Shown piece by piece: positions 48,255 to 57,935 of a DNA stretch of 64,000 bases. This DNA is from Gemmatimonadota bacterium (GTDB lineage Bacteria; Gemmatimonadota; Gemmatimonadetes; Longimicrobiales; Gaopeijiaceae): positions 1,568,001-1,632,000 of the forward strand of contig JAXHMG010000003.1 in assembly GCA_034521595.1 (NCBI GenBank), read 5' to 3'. The notes below the pieces were generated by a model. That model saw nothing but the letters and a program-made list of their open reading frames with translations. It made no database searches and was not told the DNA's origin. The position numbers were made by a program, and so were the translations under genes. Numbering within the stretch: position 1 is the stretch's first letter; each line of letters starts with the position of its first letter.

Positions 48255-48955
48255 CCTCCCTCCACTGCGAGGTGCGCCAGCAGCGCCTCCCCGAGGGCGA
48301 GATCGGCGGGACGCGTGACCTTGAAGTTCCCCGCGCCCGCGTCGATCATCTGGATGCGAAGCCCGGTCGCCTCGACGAGGGTCGCATCGTCCGTGCCGGG
48401 TTCGACGAGCTCACGGTAGGCGCGCCGCAGGGCATCGGCGGGAAAGGCCTGCGGCGTCTGAGCGTGCCAGAGCGTCTCGCGCCGGGGTGTCTCCAACACC
48501 GCACCGTCCGGCCCCACCCGCTTCATCGTGTCCACGGCAGGCGTGCCGGCAACCGCTCCCACTCCGGTGGCTGCGAGATCGAGACACGTGCGCACCACCT
48601 CGGCCGTGACGAACGGACGGGCTCCGTCGTGCACCGCGATGACCTCGACGTCATCGGGCAGGCCCGAGAGCGCGCGCCGAACCGATTCCGCCCGGGTGGC
48701 CCCACCCTCGACGATGCGAATCCGGGCATCGAGGTCGGCCAACCACTGCGGTGGGTCGGCGGCTTCCTCGTGGGCGAGCGCGACGACGACGGCGACCGTT
48801 CTGGGGTCGGACAGGAACGGACCCAACGCACGTTCGAGGACCGGTCTGCCCTGGAGCTCGAGGAACGGCTTTTTCACGCCTCCCATCCGCCGCCCCGATC
48901 CCGCCGCCGGGACCACCACGCCCGCCGAGAATGGTGTGTCTCGTGCATCGGTCAC
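48251..48955 (-). CDS. ispD: 2-C-methyl-D-erythritol 4-phosphate cytidylyltransferase
   Basis: PAAGSGRRMG, HDGARP, QTPQAF, TDDA, NFKVT. Confidence 0.93.
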   Translation of the reverse strand: MTDARDTPFSAGVVVPAAGSGRRMGGVKKPFLELQGRPVLERALGPFLSDPRTVAVVVALAHEEAADPPQWLADLDARIRIVEGGATRAESVRRALSGLPDDVEVIAVHDGARPFVTAEVVRTCLDLAATGVGAVAGTPAVDTMKRVGPDGAVLETPRRETLWHAQTPQAFPADALRRAYRELVEPGTDDATLVEATGLRIQMIDAGAGNFKVTRPADLALGEALLAHLAVEGG

Positions 48956-50388
48956 GGGCCGAAGCCACCACCTTCGTCGCCCCCGGCACCGTTCCCGAAC
49001 GTGCCCGGGGCGACGGAATCGAACCGCGTGTACGCCTTCTGAAAGAAGAGCGACACCACACCCGTCGGTCCATTCCGCTGCTTCGCAACGATCAACTCCG
49101 CCTGGCCTTCCAACTCCTCCTGCTTCTCCGCCGGAGCATAGTATTCGGGCCGGAAGAGAAACATGACGACATCGGCATCCTGCTCGATCGAACCGGACTC
49201 TCTCAGATCCGAGAGCATGGGTCGCTTGTCGGTGCGCTGCTCGGGTCCACGGCTGAGCTGGGACAGGGCGATGACCGGCACATCGAGCTCGCGTGCGAGC
49301 GCCTTGAGACCGCGTGAGATCTGGCTCACTTCCTGCACCCGGCTCTCCGCCTGACCGGCTCCCGACATGAGCTGCATGTAGTCGATGACGACCATGCCGA
49401 GATCCTTGCCGTCCGAGCGGAGGTCGGACTGCAGACGTCGCCCCTTGGCGCGAATCTCGAGCACGTTGCTTCCAGGCTCGTCGTCGATCCAGATGGGCGC
49501 GGTGTTCAGATGCCCGGCCGCCGCCGCCAGCCGCTGATGCTCTTCCTGGGAGAGACGTCCCTTTCGGAGCTTCTGAGCGTCGATGCGTCCTTCCGCGCAG
49601 AGGAGCCGCTGCACGAGCTGCTCGGAAGACATCTCCAGGGAGAAGATCGCCACCGGGGTCTCGTTCGAGATCGCCGCGTTCGCGGCCACGTTCATCACCC
49701 AGGCCGTCTTTCCCATGGACGGACGGGCGGCCACGATGACGAGGTCCCCCTTCTGGAGGCCAGTCGTCATCCGGTCGAGGTCCGGGAATCCGCTCGCCAC
49801 TCCGGTGATGCCACCATCGGCCTGCTGGAGGCGCTCGATGTTCTCGAAGGCCGACCAGAGAATCTCCTTGATCCATACGAACCCTTCCCGCTTGTGGCTT
49901 TCGGCCACCTGGAAGATCCGTGCCTCCGCCTCGTCGAGGAGCTCGTCGACATCCTTCTCACCCTGCTCGTACACGTCGCGGATGATCTGGGAAGACTGTT
50001 CCACGAGGCGGCGGAGCAGAGCCTTGTCCCGAACGATGCGCGCGTGGTACTCGAGGTTGGCGGCCGTCGGCACGGCATCGACGAGGCTTCCCAGGTAGTC
50101 GAAGCCGCCGGCGGATTCCAGCTCCCCGGTCTTCTTCAGCTCCTCGGACACCATGATGACGTCGATCACGTCGCCGCGCTCGAACAGGCGGATCATCGCC
50201 CGGTACAGACGGCGGTTCGCCTCGCGGTAGAACATCGTGTCACTCAGGACCTCGACCGCCCGGGTGACGGCGTCACGATCGATGAGCATCCCGCCGAGGA
50301 TCGCGGTTTCCGCTTCCAACGAAAACGGCGGCGTGCGGTCGAAAACCGCCTGGGTCAGGGACGAGGGTTCTTCCAAACCGGGACTCAC
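48952..50388 (-). CDS. dnaB: Replicative DNA helicase
   Basis: AARPSMGKT, FSLEM, IDYMQL, LSQLSR, SDLRESGSIEQDAD; no intein. Confidence 0.97.
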   Translation of the reverse strand: MSPGLEEPSSLTQAVFDRTPPFSLEAETAILGGMLIDRDAVTRAVEVLSDTMFYREANRRLYRAMIRLFERGDVIDVIMVSEELKKTGELESAGGFDYLGSLVDAVPTAANLEYHARIVRDKALLRRLVEQSSQIIRDVYEQGEKDVDELLDEAEARIFQVAESHKREGFVWIKEILWSAFENIERLQQADGGITGVASGFPDLDRMTTGLQKGDLVIVAARPSMGKTAWVMNVAANAAISNETPVAIFSLEMSSEQLVQRLLCAEGRIDAQKLRKGRLSQEEHQRLAAAAGHLNTAPIWIDDEPGSNVLEIRAKGRRLQSDLRSDGKDLGMVVIDYMQLMSGAGQAESRVQEVSQISRGLKALARELDVPVIALSQLSRGPEQRTDKRPMLSDLRESGSIEQDADVVMFLFRPEYYAPAEKQEELEGQAELIVAKQRNGPTGVVSLFFQKAYTRFDSVAPGTFGNGAGGDEGGGFGP

Positions 50389-50433
50389 GAGCTCGAGGGT
50401 CCGACAGGCCGCCCGGAAGGGCGGATCCGCAAT

Positions 50434-51330
50434 CTACCGGACGTCGTGGTCTTCGAGGTAGGGGCCGTCCAGGACGTCCCGCAGGAGCTGGAGATCGTCC
50501 CAGAACGCACGAGTCCAGTTCGCGTTCCGAAGGAGCGCTGCCGGGTGGTACGTCACCACGAGGGGCACGCCCCGGTAGCTGTGCACCTCGCCCCGGAGCT
50601 TCCCCAACGCCGCTTTCTCGTGGCTGGTCAACAGCTTCGCGGCGAACGACCCGACGGCGAGGATGGCTCGGGGCTCGACGACATCGATCTGCTTGAGGAG
50701 GTAGGGTGAGCAGGTCTCGATCTCGTCCGGCTCCGGATCGCGATTCCCCGGCGGGCGACACTTCAAGACGTTACAGATGTAGACCGACTCCTCGCGCGAA
50801 AGATCGACCGTGGCCAGCAAGAGGTCGAGGAACTTTCCCGCCGCCCCCACGAACGGAAGCCCGGTCGCGTCCTCGTTGGCGCCCGGAGCCTCCCCGACGA
50901 CCATCAGGCGGGCATCGGGAACGCCGTCGGAGAAAACCACCTGCGTGCGGTTCTCGGAGAGCCCGCAGCGCGTGCACCCGAGCGCGACGTCACGAAGCGC
51001 ATCGTGTTCGTCCGGAAGGACCGGGAGCTCCTGCTCCGGCTCCACAGGGCCGGGAGGCGCCGCACTGGGCGCGCCCGCGGTCGGGGGGGGCGCTTGCGGA
51101 CCATCTGCCGGCATTCGGCTCGGGCGCGCCGGATCAGCGGCCGGCCGCCGGAGCTCCGCGTCCTCCGACCGCCCCTGCCCGCCGGCCGCGGCCCCACGCG
51201 AGGCGGCTCGTGCCAGCCGAAGCACATCGTCCCGATCGAAGCGATCCAGGAACCACTCGGCTTCACCGAGCTCGATGCCCTGCCGGACGAGGCGAGCGGC
51301 TTGCTCGGCGAGCTCCTCCCGCCCGCTCAT
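50434..51330 (-). CDS. Uracil-DNA glycosylase family 4 ([4Fe-4S])
   Basis: CTRCGL, GEAPGANED, PFVGAAG, KCRPPGNR, TYHPAALL. Confidence 0.92.
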   Translation of the reverse strand: MSGREELAEQAARLVRQGIELGEAEWFLDRFDRDDVLRLARAASRGAAAGGQGRSEDAELRRPAADPARPSRMPADGPQAPPPTAGAPSAAPPGPVEPEQELPVLPDEHDALRDVALGCTRCGLSENRTQVVFSDGVPDARLMVVGEAPGANEDATGLPFVGAAGKFLDLLLATVDLSREESVYICNVLKCRPPGNRDPEPDEIETCSPYLLKQIDVVEPRAILAVGSFAAKLLTSHEKAALGKLRGEVHSYRGVPLVVTYHPAALLRNANWTRAFWDDLQLLRDVLDGPYLEDHDVR

Positions 51331-52568
51331 GGACGAGCTCCGAAGCGCTCGGTCACGCGGTCGAGGACTTCTTCGGCCACACCATCCTTCGAGGTGAGTG
51401 GAAGCGCTTCGGGCGCCTGGTCTCCCGACAGAATCGTGACCCGGTTGGTCTCGACGTCGAAGCCCGATCCTTCCTCCGTCGCGTCGTTGGCGACCAGCAG
51501 ATCGAAGCCCTTGGACACCAGCTTCTTCCGGGCATTCTCCACGAGGCTCGAAGTCTCCAACGCGAAGCCGACCGCCACGCTCCCCGGGCGTCTGCGCGCC
51601 AGAGCTTCCCGCGCGATATCGGGGTTCGCGGTCAGAGCCACGGTCAAATCGGCCCCCTCGCCGGCTCGCTTGATCTTGTCTTCACGCGCCTCCACGGGCC
51701 GGTAATCGGCCACGGCCGCGGCGAAGATGGCGACATCGGCGTCCGCCACCCGGGCGTCCACGGCCTGATGCATCTCCCGCGCCGATTCCACCCGGACGAC
51801 GTCGATCCCGACGGGCGGATCGAGGGGGGACGCTCCGCTCACGAGGGTGACGTCGCCCCCACGGCGCCACGCGGCGGCGGCAAGGGCATACCCCATGCGA
51901 CCGGACGAGCGATTTCCGAGATACCGCACCGGATCGAGCGCTTCCCGGGTGGGCCCCGCCGTCACGAGCACACGACGGCCGGCCCACTCCGGAACCCGGC
52001 CCAGAGCGCGTCCGACATGCGCGACGATGTCCGAAGGCTCCACCATGCGGCCCGGCCCGACCCCTTCCCCGACCGCGAGCGGGCCCATCGCCGGGCCGAC
52101 GACCTCGTACCCGAGCCGCTCCCGCACATGGTCCAGATTCGTCTGAACCTGGGGATGCACGTACATCTGATCGTTCATCGCAGGACACAGCAGCACGGGC
52201 GCACGCGTGGCGAGCAGCGTCGTGCAAAGCAGGTCACTCGCCCGCCCCTGGGCGGCGCGCGCGACGAAGTCGGCCGTGGCGGGTGCCACGCAGACCGCCT
52301 CGGCCTCGCGTCCGAGCCGCACGTGGAGCGCCGCTCCATCGGCCGAGAACATCTCCGTGTACACATGCCGGCCCGTGACCGCCTCGAACGACAGCGGCGT
52401 CACGAACCGCTGTGCCGCCTCCGTCAGAACGACATCGACCACCGCTCCGAGACGTGTGAGGTCGCGCGCCAGCTGGATGGACTTATACGCCGCCACGCCC
52501 CCGGTCACCCCGAGGACGATCCGCCGACCCTCCCAGGGCCTGCGCGGAACGAGGACGACGGGCCGCAC
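51327..52568 (-). CDS. coaBC: Phosphopantothenoylcysteine decarboxylase/ligase
   Basis: GVTGGVAAYK, PAMNDQM, TAGPTRE.LDPVR, NRSSGRMG, GFALET. Confidence 0.95.
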   Translation of the reverse strand: MRPVVLVPRRPWEGRRIVLGVTGGVAAYKSIQLARDLTRLGAVVDVVLTEAAQRFVTPLSFEAVTGRHVYTEMFSADGAALHVRLGREAEAVCVAPATADFVARAAQGRASDLLCTTLLATRAPVLLCPAMNDQMYVHPQVQTNLDHVRERLGYEVVGPAMGPLAVGEGVGPGRMVEPSDIVAHVGRALGRVPEWAGRRVLVTAGPTREALDPVRYLGNRSSGRMGYALAAAAWRRGGDVTLVSGASPLDPPVGIDVVRVESAREMHQAVDARVADADVAIFAAAVADYRPVEAREDKIKRAGEGADLTVALTANPDIAREALARRRPGSVAVGFALETSSLVENARKKLVSKGFDLLVANDATEEGSGFDVETNRVTILSGDQAPEALPLTSKDGVAEEVLDRVTERFGARP

Positions 52569-52587
52569 GACGGTCGCCCTCCCGCCG

Positions 52588-52806
52588 TTACAGGCCTTCT
52601 CGACGGCGGCGCTTGACCAGCCTGAACTCGATCTCGCCCGACGTCAGCGCCTCGAGAGCACGGGTCGTCAGCTTCTTTTCTTCCCCGATCGGCATCGCCT
52701 CGCTCGGAAGCGAGTTGAGCTCACGAGCGTACTTGGCCGCGACGAGCACTCCCAGGTACTTGCTCTCGGTGCCCTTGGCCACTTCGTCCGGTGTGAAAAC
52801 CCTCAT
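52588..52806 (-). CDS. rpoZ: RNA polymerase omega subunit
   Basis: SKYLGVLVAAKYARELN; gmk-rpoZ-coaBC synteny. Confidence 0.88.
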   Translation of the reverse strand: MRVFTPDEVAKGTESKYLGVLVAAKYARELNSLPSEAMPIGEEKKLTTRALEALTSGEIEFRLVKRRRREGL

Positions 52807-52848
52807 ATCGATCCTCCTCGGATTTGGTCTTCCAGCTTCGGTGTCGTC

Positions 52849-53502
52849 TTACACGTCCTCGCCGTACTGCTCCGCGAGGACATCCTCCACTTCGGCGCGC
52901 AACGTCCGGGCATCTGCCCACGAGCCCGAGGTCTCCCCGCTCTCGACGTCTCCGCGCACGATCGCCTCGATCTCCTCGAGACACCGCTCGAAGTCGTCGT
53001 TCACCACCACGTACTCGAACTCTTCCGCGACCCGCAGCTCGTCCACCGCCGAGCGGAGGCGCCGAGCCACGTCGTCACGTCCTTCCGTACCCCGCGCGCG
53101 GAGGCGAGCCGACAGGACATCGACCGACGGCGGCAGCACGAAGATCAGCTTCGCATCCGGCATCGCGTCGCGCACCTGACGGGCACCCTGCACGTCGATG
53201 TCCAAGATCACGTGCGTGCCCCGCGCAGCCGCATCGTCGAGCATCGCCTTCGGCGTCCCGTAAAGACGCCCGTGGACCTCGGCCCATTCGGCGAGCTCCC
53301 CGCGCTCCACCATGCGGAGAAACTCCTCGCGATCGAGGAAATGATAATCGATCCCGTCGCGCTCCGTACCCCTCGGCGCACGCGTCGTCGCGGATACCGA
53401 GAACCGGTACCGGTCCGAGCCTTCGACCAGCCGCCGCGCCAGGGTGGTCTTCCCGGTTCCGCTCGGGGCGGCCAACACGACCGGACACGCCACCGGCGTC
53501 AC
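52849..53502 (-). CDS. gmk: Guanylate kinase
   Basis: APSGTGKTT, SATTRAPR, YGTP, DIDVQGA. Confidence 0.95.
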   Translation of the reverse strand: MTPVACPVVLAAPSGTGKTTLARRLVEGSDRYRFSVSATTRAPRGTERDGIDYHFLDREEFLRMVERGELAEWAEVHGRLYGTPKAMLDDAAARGTHVILDIDVQGARQVRDAMPDAKLIFVLPPSVDVLSARLRARGTEGRDDVARRLRSAVDELRVAEEFEYVVVNDDFERCLEEIEAIVRGDVESGETSGSWADARTLRAEVEDVLAEQYGEDV

Positions 53503-54389
53503 TCGACGTTCTCCACCTGCTCACGGATCCGCTCGATCTCCTCCTTCAAGCCGACGGACGCCTGGGCAATCGCGGCGTCATTGGCCTTCGAGCCGATGGT
53601 GTTGGCCTCGCGGTGCATCTCCTGGACCAGAAAACCGAGCCGCTTGCCGACCGGCTCCGAGCCGTCTCCCGCCAGAGCGTCGCGAAACAGGTCGATGTGC
53701 GACCGGAACCGCACGAGCTCTTCGTTGATATCCCAGCGCTCGGCCAGGTAGGCGATCTCACGGGCCAGCCGGTCCTCGTCGACCTCGGCCTGGGCGGTGA
53801 GCTCCGCCACCGCTTCGCGAAGCCGGTCCCGCTCGGCCGTGAGACGCTCCGGCGCCCGCGCCCCGACCTCATCGAGCAAACCTTCCATGGCGTCGACCCG
53901 GTCCATCAAATCCCGCTCCAGACGCCGCCCTTCGTCTTCACGCATCTCCCGGGCCGCCCCGGCCGCTTCTGCGGCGAGGCTTCGGACCCACGCCGGCTCG
54001 AGGGTGCTTCCCCGATTCGACTCGCGGCCCCGGAACAGCTCACCGAACCGCATGATCATCGAGAGATCGACCATCCCGGGCACGGAGAGGTCGTCACGGA
54101 GCTCCTCGAGCGCCTCCTTGAGCGCGCGGGCACGGTCGAAGTCCACGCGCACATCGGCCTCCGGCCCGGAATCGTTGCGCTCGATCGTGAGGGTCGCGCT
54201 CACGTGCCCGCGCGTGAGGTGGCACTTGAGCCCATCCACGATCGGCTTGTCGAAGCGATCGAACCCCGGCGGCGTCTTGACGCTGGTGTTGAAGAAACGG
54301 TGGTTGACGGTGCGAACCTCGAGCCGGACGAGCCCCTCGTCGGACTCCCTCTCGGCGTCCCCGTATCCCGTCATGCTGCGGATCATCAA
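53499..54389 (-). CDS. yicC: YicC/YloC family endoribonuclease
   Basis: IRSMTGYG, VNHRF, DINEELVR, QEMHREANTIGSK, REQVENVE. Confidence 0.92.
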   Translation of the reverse strand: MMIRSMTGYGDAERESDEGLVRLEVRTVNHRFFNTSVKTPPGFDRFDKPIVDGLKCHLTRGHVSATLTIERNDSGPEADVRVDFDRARALKEALEELRDDLSVPGMVDLSMIMRFGELFRGRESNRGSTLEPAWVRSLAAEAAGAAREMREDEGRRLERDLMDRVDAMEGLLDEVGARAPERLTAERDRLREAVAELTAQAEVDEDRLAREIAYLAERWDINEELVRFRSHIDLFRDALAGDGSEPVGKRLGFLVQEMHREANTIGSKANDAAIAQASVGLKEEIERIREQVENVE

Positions 54390-54450
54390 TGCGCTCCATG
54401 CATAGCCGAAGAGTATAACAGGGAAGCTACCGGCCTCGAAGCGCCCCCCG

Positions 54451-56349
54451 TCAGTTCCACATCGTCCACCGGATCCCGTAGGACGTCCGCAGCGCCGGGA
54501 GCACCCGACCCGGGAACGCCTGCAAGTTCCTCCGTACCGTGAGGTTCTCCCAGGACACGAAGACGCGGACGGTCACGATGCGCGCCTGGATGCGACCGTC
54601 CCAACTCTGGAAGAAGGGCACGCGCTCCAACCCACTCGAGCCTTCGTTCGAACCGGGCGTGAACACCTCCATCGGATCGTGCCCACGCACGCCCACCGAC
54701 GCCCGCAGTTCGAAATTGCCGCTCTCCAGGAACGCACGCTGGAAGTCGAAGCGCCCGCGGTAGATGCGTGCGGGCAGGTACGGGCCCGGTCGGTCCCACT
54801 CCTGATACGCCCCCACGAACCGGAGTCCCTCGAGCGGCATCGGGAGGACCGCATGAGCCTCCCATCCTCGTCGCGCCTCACCGGGCACCGGCGATGCCCC
54901 GAAGTCGGGAGCGATGCCGAGAGGTAGCGACCGATCCTGGTCGAGACCGAGCGCCGCGACCGAGGCCGTCGTGCCCTTCCAGGAGAAGGAGGCACCCACC
55001 CGGTAGCTCGTGCGCTCAGCCACCAGGAGCCTCGCCGGCGGTCGCTCCTCCCAGGCGGGATCCGTCACCTCGCCCGTATCCGGCTGAGGTGGCGACACGT
55101 CGAACGTCGGCCCCGAGCGCCCGCCATAGCTGCCGGACTCACGGGATCCGAAGAGCGTGAAGCCGGCCCACGGACCGAGCCAGCCACTCAGTCCGTAACT
55201 CTTCGGGCGCGCCCCGACCCAGTCCTCCCGAGTGAAGCGGGCGGTGACTCCGCCGAGGCCCGGACGGCTCCATCCGCCTTCCACATCGAGTCGGTTCTCG
55301 GCGAGGTCTCCGCCCCGATGGAGGCGGAACGCCGCGTTCGACCAGAACCCCCGGTGCTCCGCGCTCACACGCACACCGTGCTGCCCGCGGGAACCTCCCT
55401 CCGTCGCGTAGAGGAGCCGCTCGTCCTCGACATCGTGGGAAGAGCTCCCGGTATACGCTTCGGCGACCAGGCCGTCCAACAGGCGGATCCGGCCGCGCAG
55501 GGAGACGTCCGTGCGGGTGACCGGCGAGGGGTAGTCCGCCACCTCGGAGCGCGACCCCATCCGGCGAAAATCGACGGCGAGACCCGCCTCGTCACCCTTG
55601 TGGAGCTGGTAGCGCAGCCAACTTCCCGTGCGGCTACCGGTCTCGCCCCGGGCGGCGCCCCGGCTGTCGGACCGTTCCAACGCGACCGCGACGCTCCCAC
55701 CGAGCGCGTTCGGGCTGGTGAACGTGCCCCGGAAGAGGTTGTTGTCCAGATCTCCGGTCCCCGCCTCGACCAGCGAGAACGGACGCGCATCGTCGTGATC
55801 GAGTGACCACATCTCGACGACGACCTCTCCCGCGCTCCGGCGGAGGCGCACCCGCTCGATCCCGGCCAAGCCGACGCGCTGCAAGTCGACCACGCCTCCG
55901 GCCAGTGGGAGGAGCTCGAATCCATCCCGAAGCACCCGCACGCCACCAGCCCCCGCGCCGAACGCGCTGAACGCCGCGGGTGTACCGTAGTCCCCCGCCA
56001 AGAGCGGCACGACGCCCGGAACCTCGTCCACGAGCTCCACGAGGGTGTTCGCCCCCGAAGCCATGATCTGCTCGTGGTCCCACGTCCACACACCACCCGC
56101 CCATCCCGACGGGATTCCGTCCTCGAGCGTCGGAAGGTTGTGGAAGGCCGGAAGCGTGTCGGCAGCCACGCTATCGGGAAGTGGGGGTTCCCTGACGGAG
56201 TCCCCTCGCTCCACGGTAGCCGTATCCGTGCGGGGTGGAGGTGGATCCTGTGCGGCCACCGGAACGGCGACCAGAACGACTGCGAGCGCGACCCGAAGGG
56301 CGAGGAAGATGGAGCGCTCCGGGCTCACCCGCTCCGGCTCCGCACCCAC
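54451..56349 (-). CDS. Putative outer-membrane protein with TonB-plug-like N-terminal region
   Basis: Signal peptide; plug-like IMASGANTLVELVDEVPGV; beta-strand-rich C-terminus ending YGIRWTMWN; start uncertain. Confidence 0.6.
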   Translation of the reverse strand: MGAEPERVSPERSIFLALRVALAVVLVAVPVAAQDPPPPRTDTATVERGDSVREPPLPDSVAADTLPAFHNLPTLEDGIPSGWAGGVWTWDHEQIMASGANTLVELVDEVPGVVPLLAGDYGTPAAFSAFGAGAGGVRVLRDGFELLPLAGGVVDLQRVGLAGIERVRLRRSAGEVVVEMWSLDHDDARPFSLVEAGTGDLDNNLFRGTFTSPNALGGSVAVALERSDSRGAARGETGSRTGSWLRYQLHKGDEAGLAVDFRRMGSRSEVADYPSPVTRTDVSLRGRIRLLDGLVAEAYTGSSSHDVEDERLLYATEGGSRGQHGVRVSAEHRGFWSNAAFRLHRGGDLAENRLDVEGGWSRPGLGGVTARFTREDWVGARPKSYGLSGWLGPWAGFTLFGSRESGSYGGRSGPTFDVSPPQPDTGEVTDPAWEERPPARLLVAERTSYRVGASFSWKGTTASVAALGLDQDRSLPLGIAPDFGASPVPGEARRGWEAHAVLPMPLEGLRFVGAYQEWDRPGPYLPARIYRGRFDFQRAFLESGNFELRASVGVRGHDPMEVFTPGSNEGSSGLERVPFFQSWDGRIQARIVTVRVFVSWENLTVRRNLQAFPGRVLPALRTSYGIRWTMWN

Positions 56350-57818
56350 GCCACGAGCAGTCGGGTCGGAAAGCCGTATCCGCCTTTCCTCCGATACGGC
56401 AGGTTGCCGTCGCCATACGCCGTGCCCGCGATGTCGAGGTGCGCCCAGGTCGCTTCTCCCACGAACTCCTCGAGGAACGAGCCGGCCGTGATGGTTCCTC
56501 CGGGACGACCCCCGACATTCTTGAGGTCCGCCGTCTCACTCTCGAGCTGCTTCCGGTACTCGTCCCAGAGCGGCAGGTGCCAACACCGTTCCCCCGACCG
56601 GGTGCCGGCCTCGACGAGCTCGCCGACCAGTGCGTCGTCATTCCCGAGCACGGCCGCCGCATGGTGCCCGAGCGCGACCACCACGGACCCGGTGAGCGTC
56701 GCGCAATCGACCATTGCCGCCGGCTCGAGGCGGGAGCCGTAGGCTAGCGCGTCGGCCAGGATGAGCCGCCCTTCCGCGTCGGTATTGATGACCTCCACCG
56801 TCTTGCCGGCGAGCGTGCGGATCACGTCCCCGGGCTTCACGGCCGCGCCCGAGGGCATGTTCTCGGACGACGGCACGATTCCGACCACGTTGGCCCGCAC
56901 GCCCAGCTCCGCGATCGCCTGCATCGCACCGATCACCGCCGCGCCGCCCGACATGTCGAACTTCATGTCCTCCATGTTGGCGGAAGGCTTGAGGGAGATG
57001 CCTCCCGTGTCGAACGTCAGCCCTTTCCCGACGAGCACCAGCGGAGGATCGCCTTCCTCGCCCCCATCGTGTCGCATCACGATGAGACGCGCCTCCTCGT
57101 CGGAGCCTCTCGAGACGGCCAGGATCGCGTGCATTCCCTCTTCGGCCATCCGCGCTTCGTCGAAGACCTCCACCGACATCCCCACCGAGCCACCGATGCG
57201 CACCGCCTCGGCAGCCACGTGCGAGGGCGTCGCAATATTGCCGGGACGGGACTGGAGCGTACGTGCGAGGTTCTCGCCCCGCGCGATCGCCGCGCCGGCG
57301 AGCGTGCCACGCCCGAAGGCGTCGTCTTTGCGCGATGCCACCAGATCCATCGCGCGTACGGACGTGAACGGCCGCTCTTCGTCCCGAGCCTTCAGCTCCG
57401 TGAAGCGCCAGGCGGCCAGCGCCCCACCTTCGGCCGCCGCCTGCGCGACCGTCTCCGGGTCGAGAGTCTCGAACCCCGCGAGCGACAGCGCCCCGCTTTC
57501 CAAACCGAGCCGCTCCGCAGCCCGAACGAGCCTCGCTCCAGCCCTCCGGACGGTCTCCCCCTCCAGCTCCTCCGCCTTGCCGAGCCCCAGCACCAGCACG
57601 CGCTCGGGGGCCCCTCCGGTGGGATAGAACAGGAGCTCCTCCTCCGAGCGTCCCTTCATGTCCCCCCGTTCGAGCGCCCGGGAGATCAGCCCTCCCAATG
57701 CTTCATCGAGCTCGGCGGCAGGCCCGTCACCGAGCTCCGCGGTTCCCTGAAAGACCCCCACCCCCAGGAGCGGAGTGGTATGTTCAGCGGGGTTGGCGTC
57801 CACGTAGCGAACCTGCAT
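56325..57818 (-). CDS. pepA: Leucyl aminopeptidase (M17)
   Basis: VGKGLTFDTGG, MKFDMSG, NTDAEGRLILAD, HLDIAG. Confidence 0.95.
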   Translation of the reverse strand: MQVRYVDANPAEHTTPLLGVGVFQGTAELGDGPAAELDEALGGLISRALERGDMKGRSEEELLFYPTGGAPERVLVLGLGKAEELEGETVRRAGARLVRAAERLGLESGALSLAGFETLDPETVAQAAAEGGALAAWRFTELKARDEERPFTSVRAMDLVASRKDDAFGRGTLAGAAIARGENLARTLQSRPGNIATPSHVAAEAVRIGGSVGMSVEVFDEARMAEEGMHAILAVSRGSDEEARLIVMRHDGGEEGDPPLVLVGKGLTFDTGGISLKPSANMEDMKFDMSGGAAVIGAMQAIAELGVRANVVGIVPSSENMPSGAAVKPGDVIRTLAGKTVEVINTDAEGRLILADALAYGSRLEPAAMVDCATLTGSVVVALGHHAAAVLGNDDALVGELVEAGTRSGERCWHLPLWDEYRKQLESETADLKNVGGRPGGTITAGSFLEEFVGEATWAHLDIAGTAYGDGNLPYRRKGGYGFPTRLLVAWVRSRSG

Positions 57819-57935
57819 GGGTCGGTCCTCGAGGAGAAGCGTCGGCAAAGGCGAAAGGACATGCGCGAGACAGGGCCCGGAAGCGCCCGGAAGCTACCCG
57901 AGAGTGCGGCACTGGATCAAGCGTTTCCGCGCCGG

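Noticed and set aside
2099-53751. Many long antisense or alternate-frame ORFs (e.g. 4837-6606, 23781-26000, 50706-52616)
   Set aside because: They shadow well-supported genes and are Arg/Gly/Pro-rich, as expected from stop-codon scarcity at high GC
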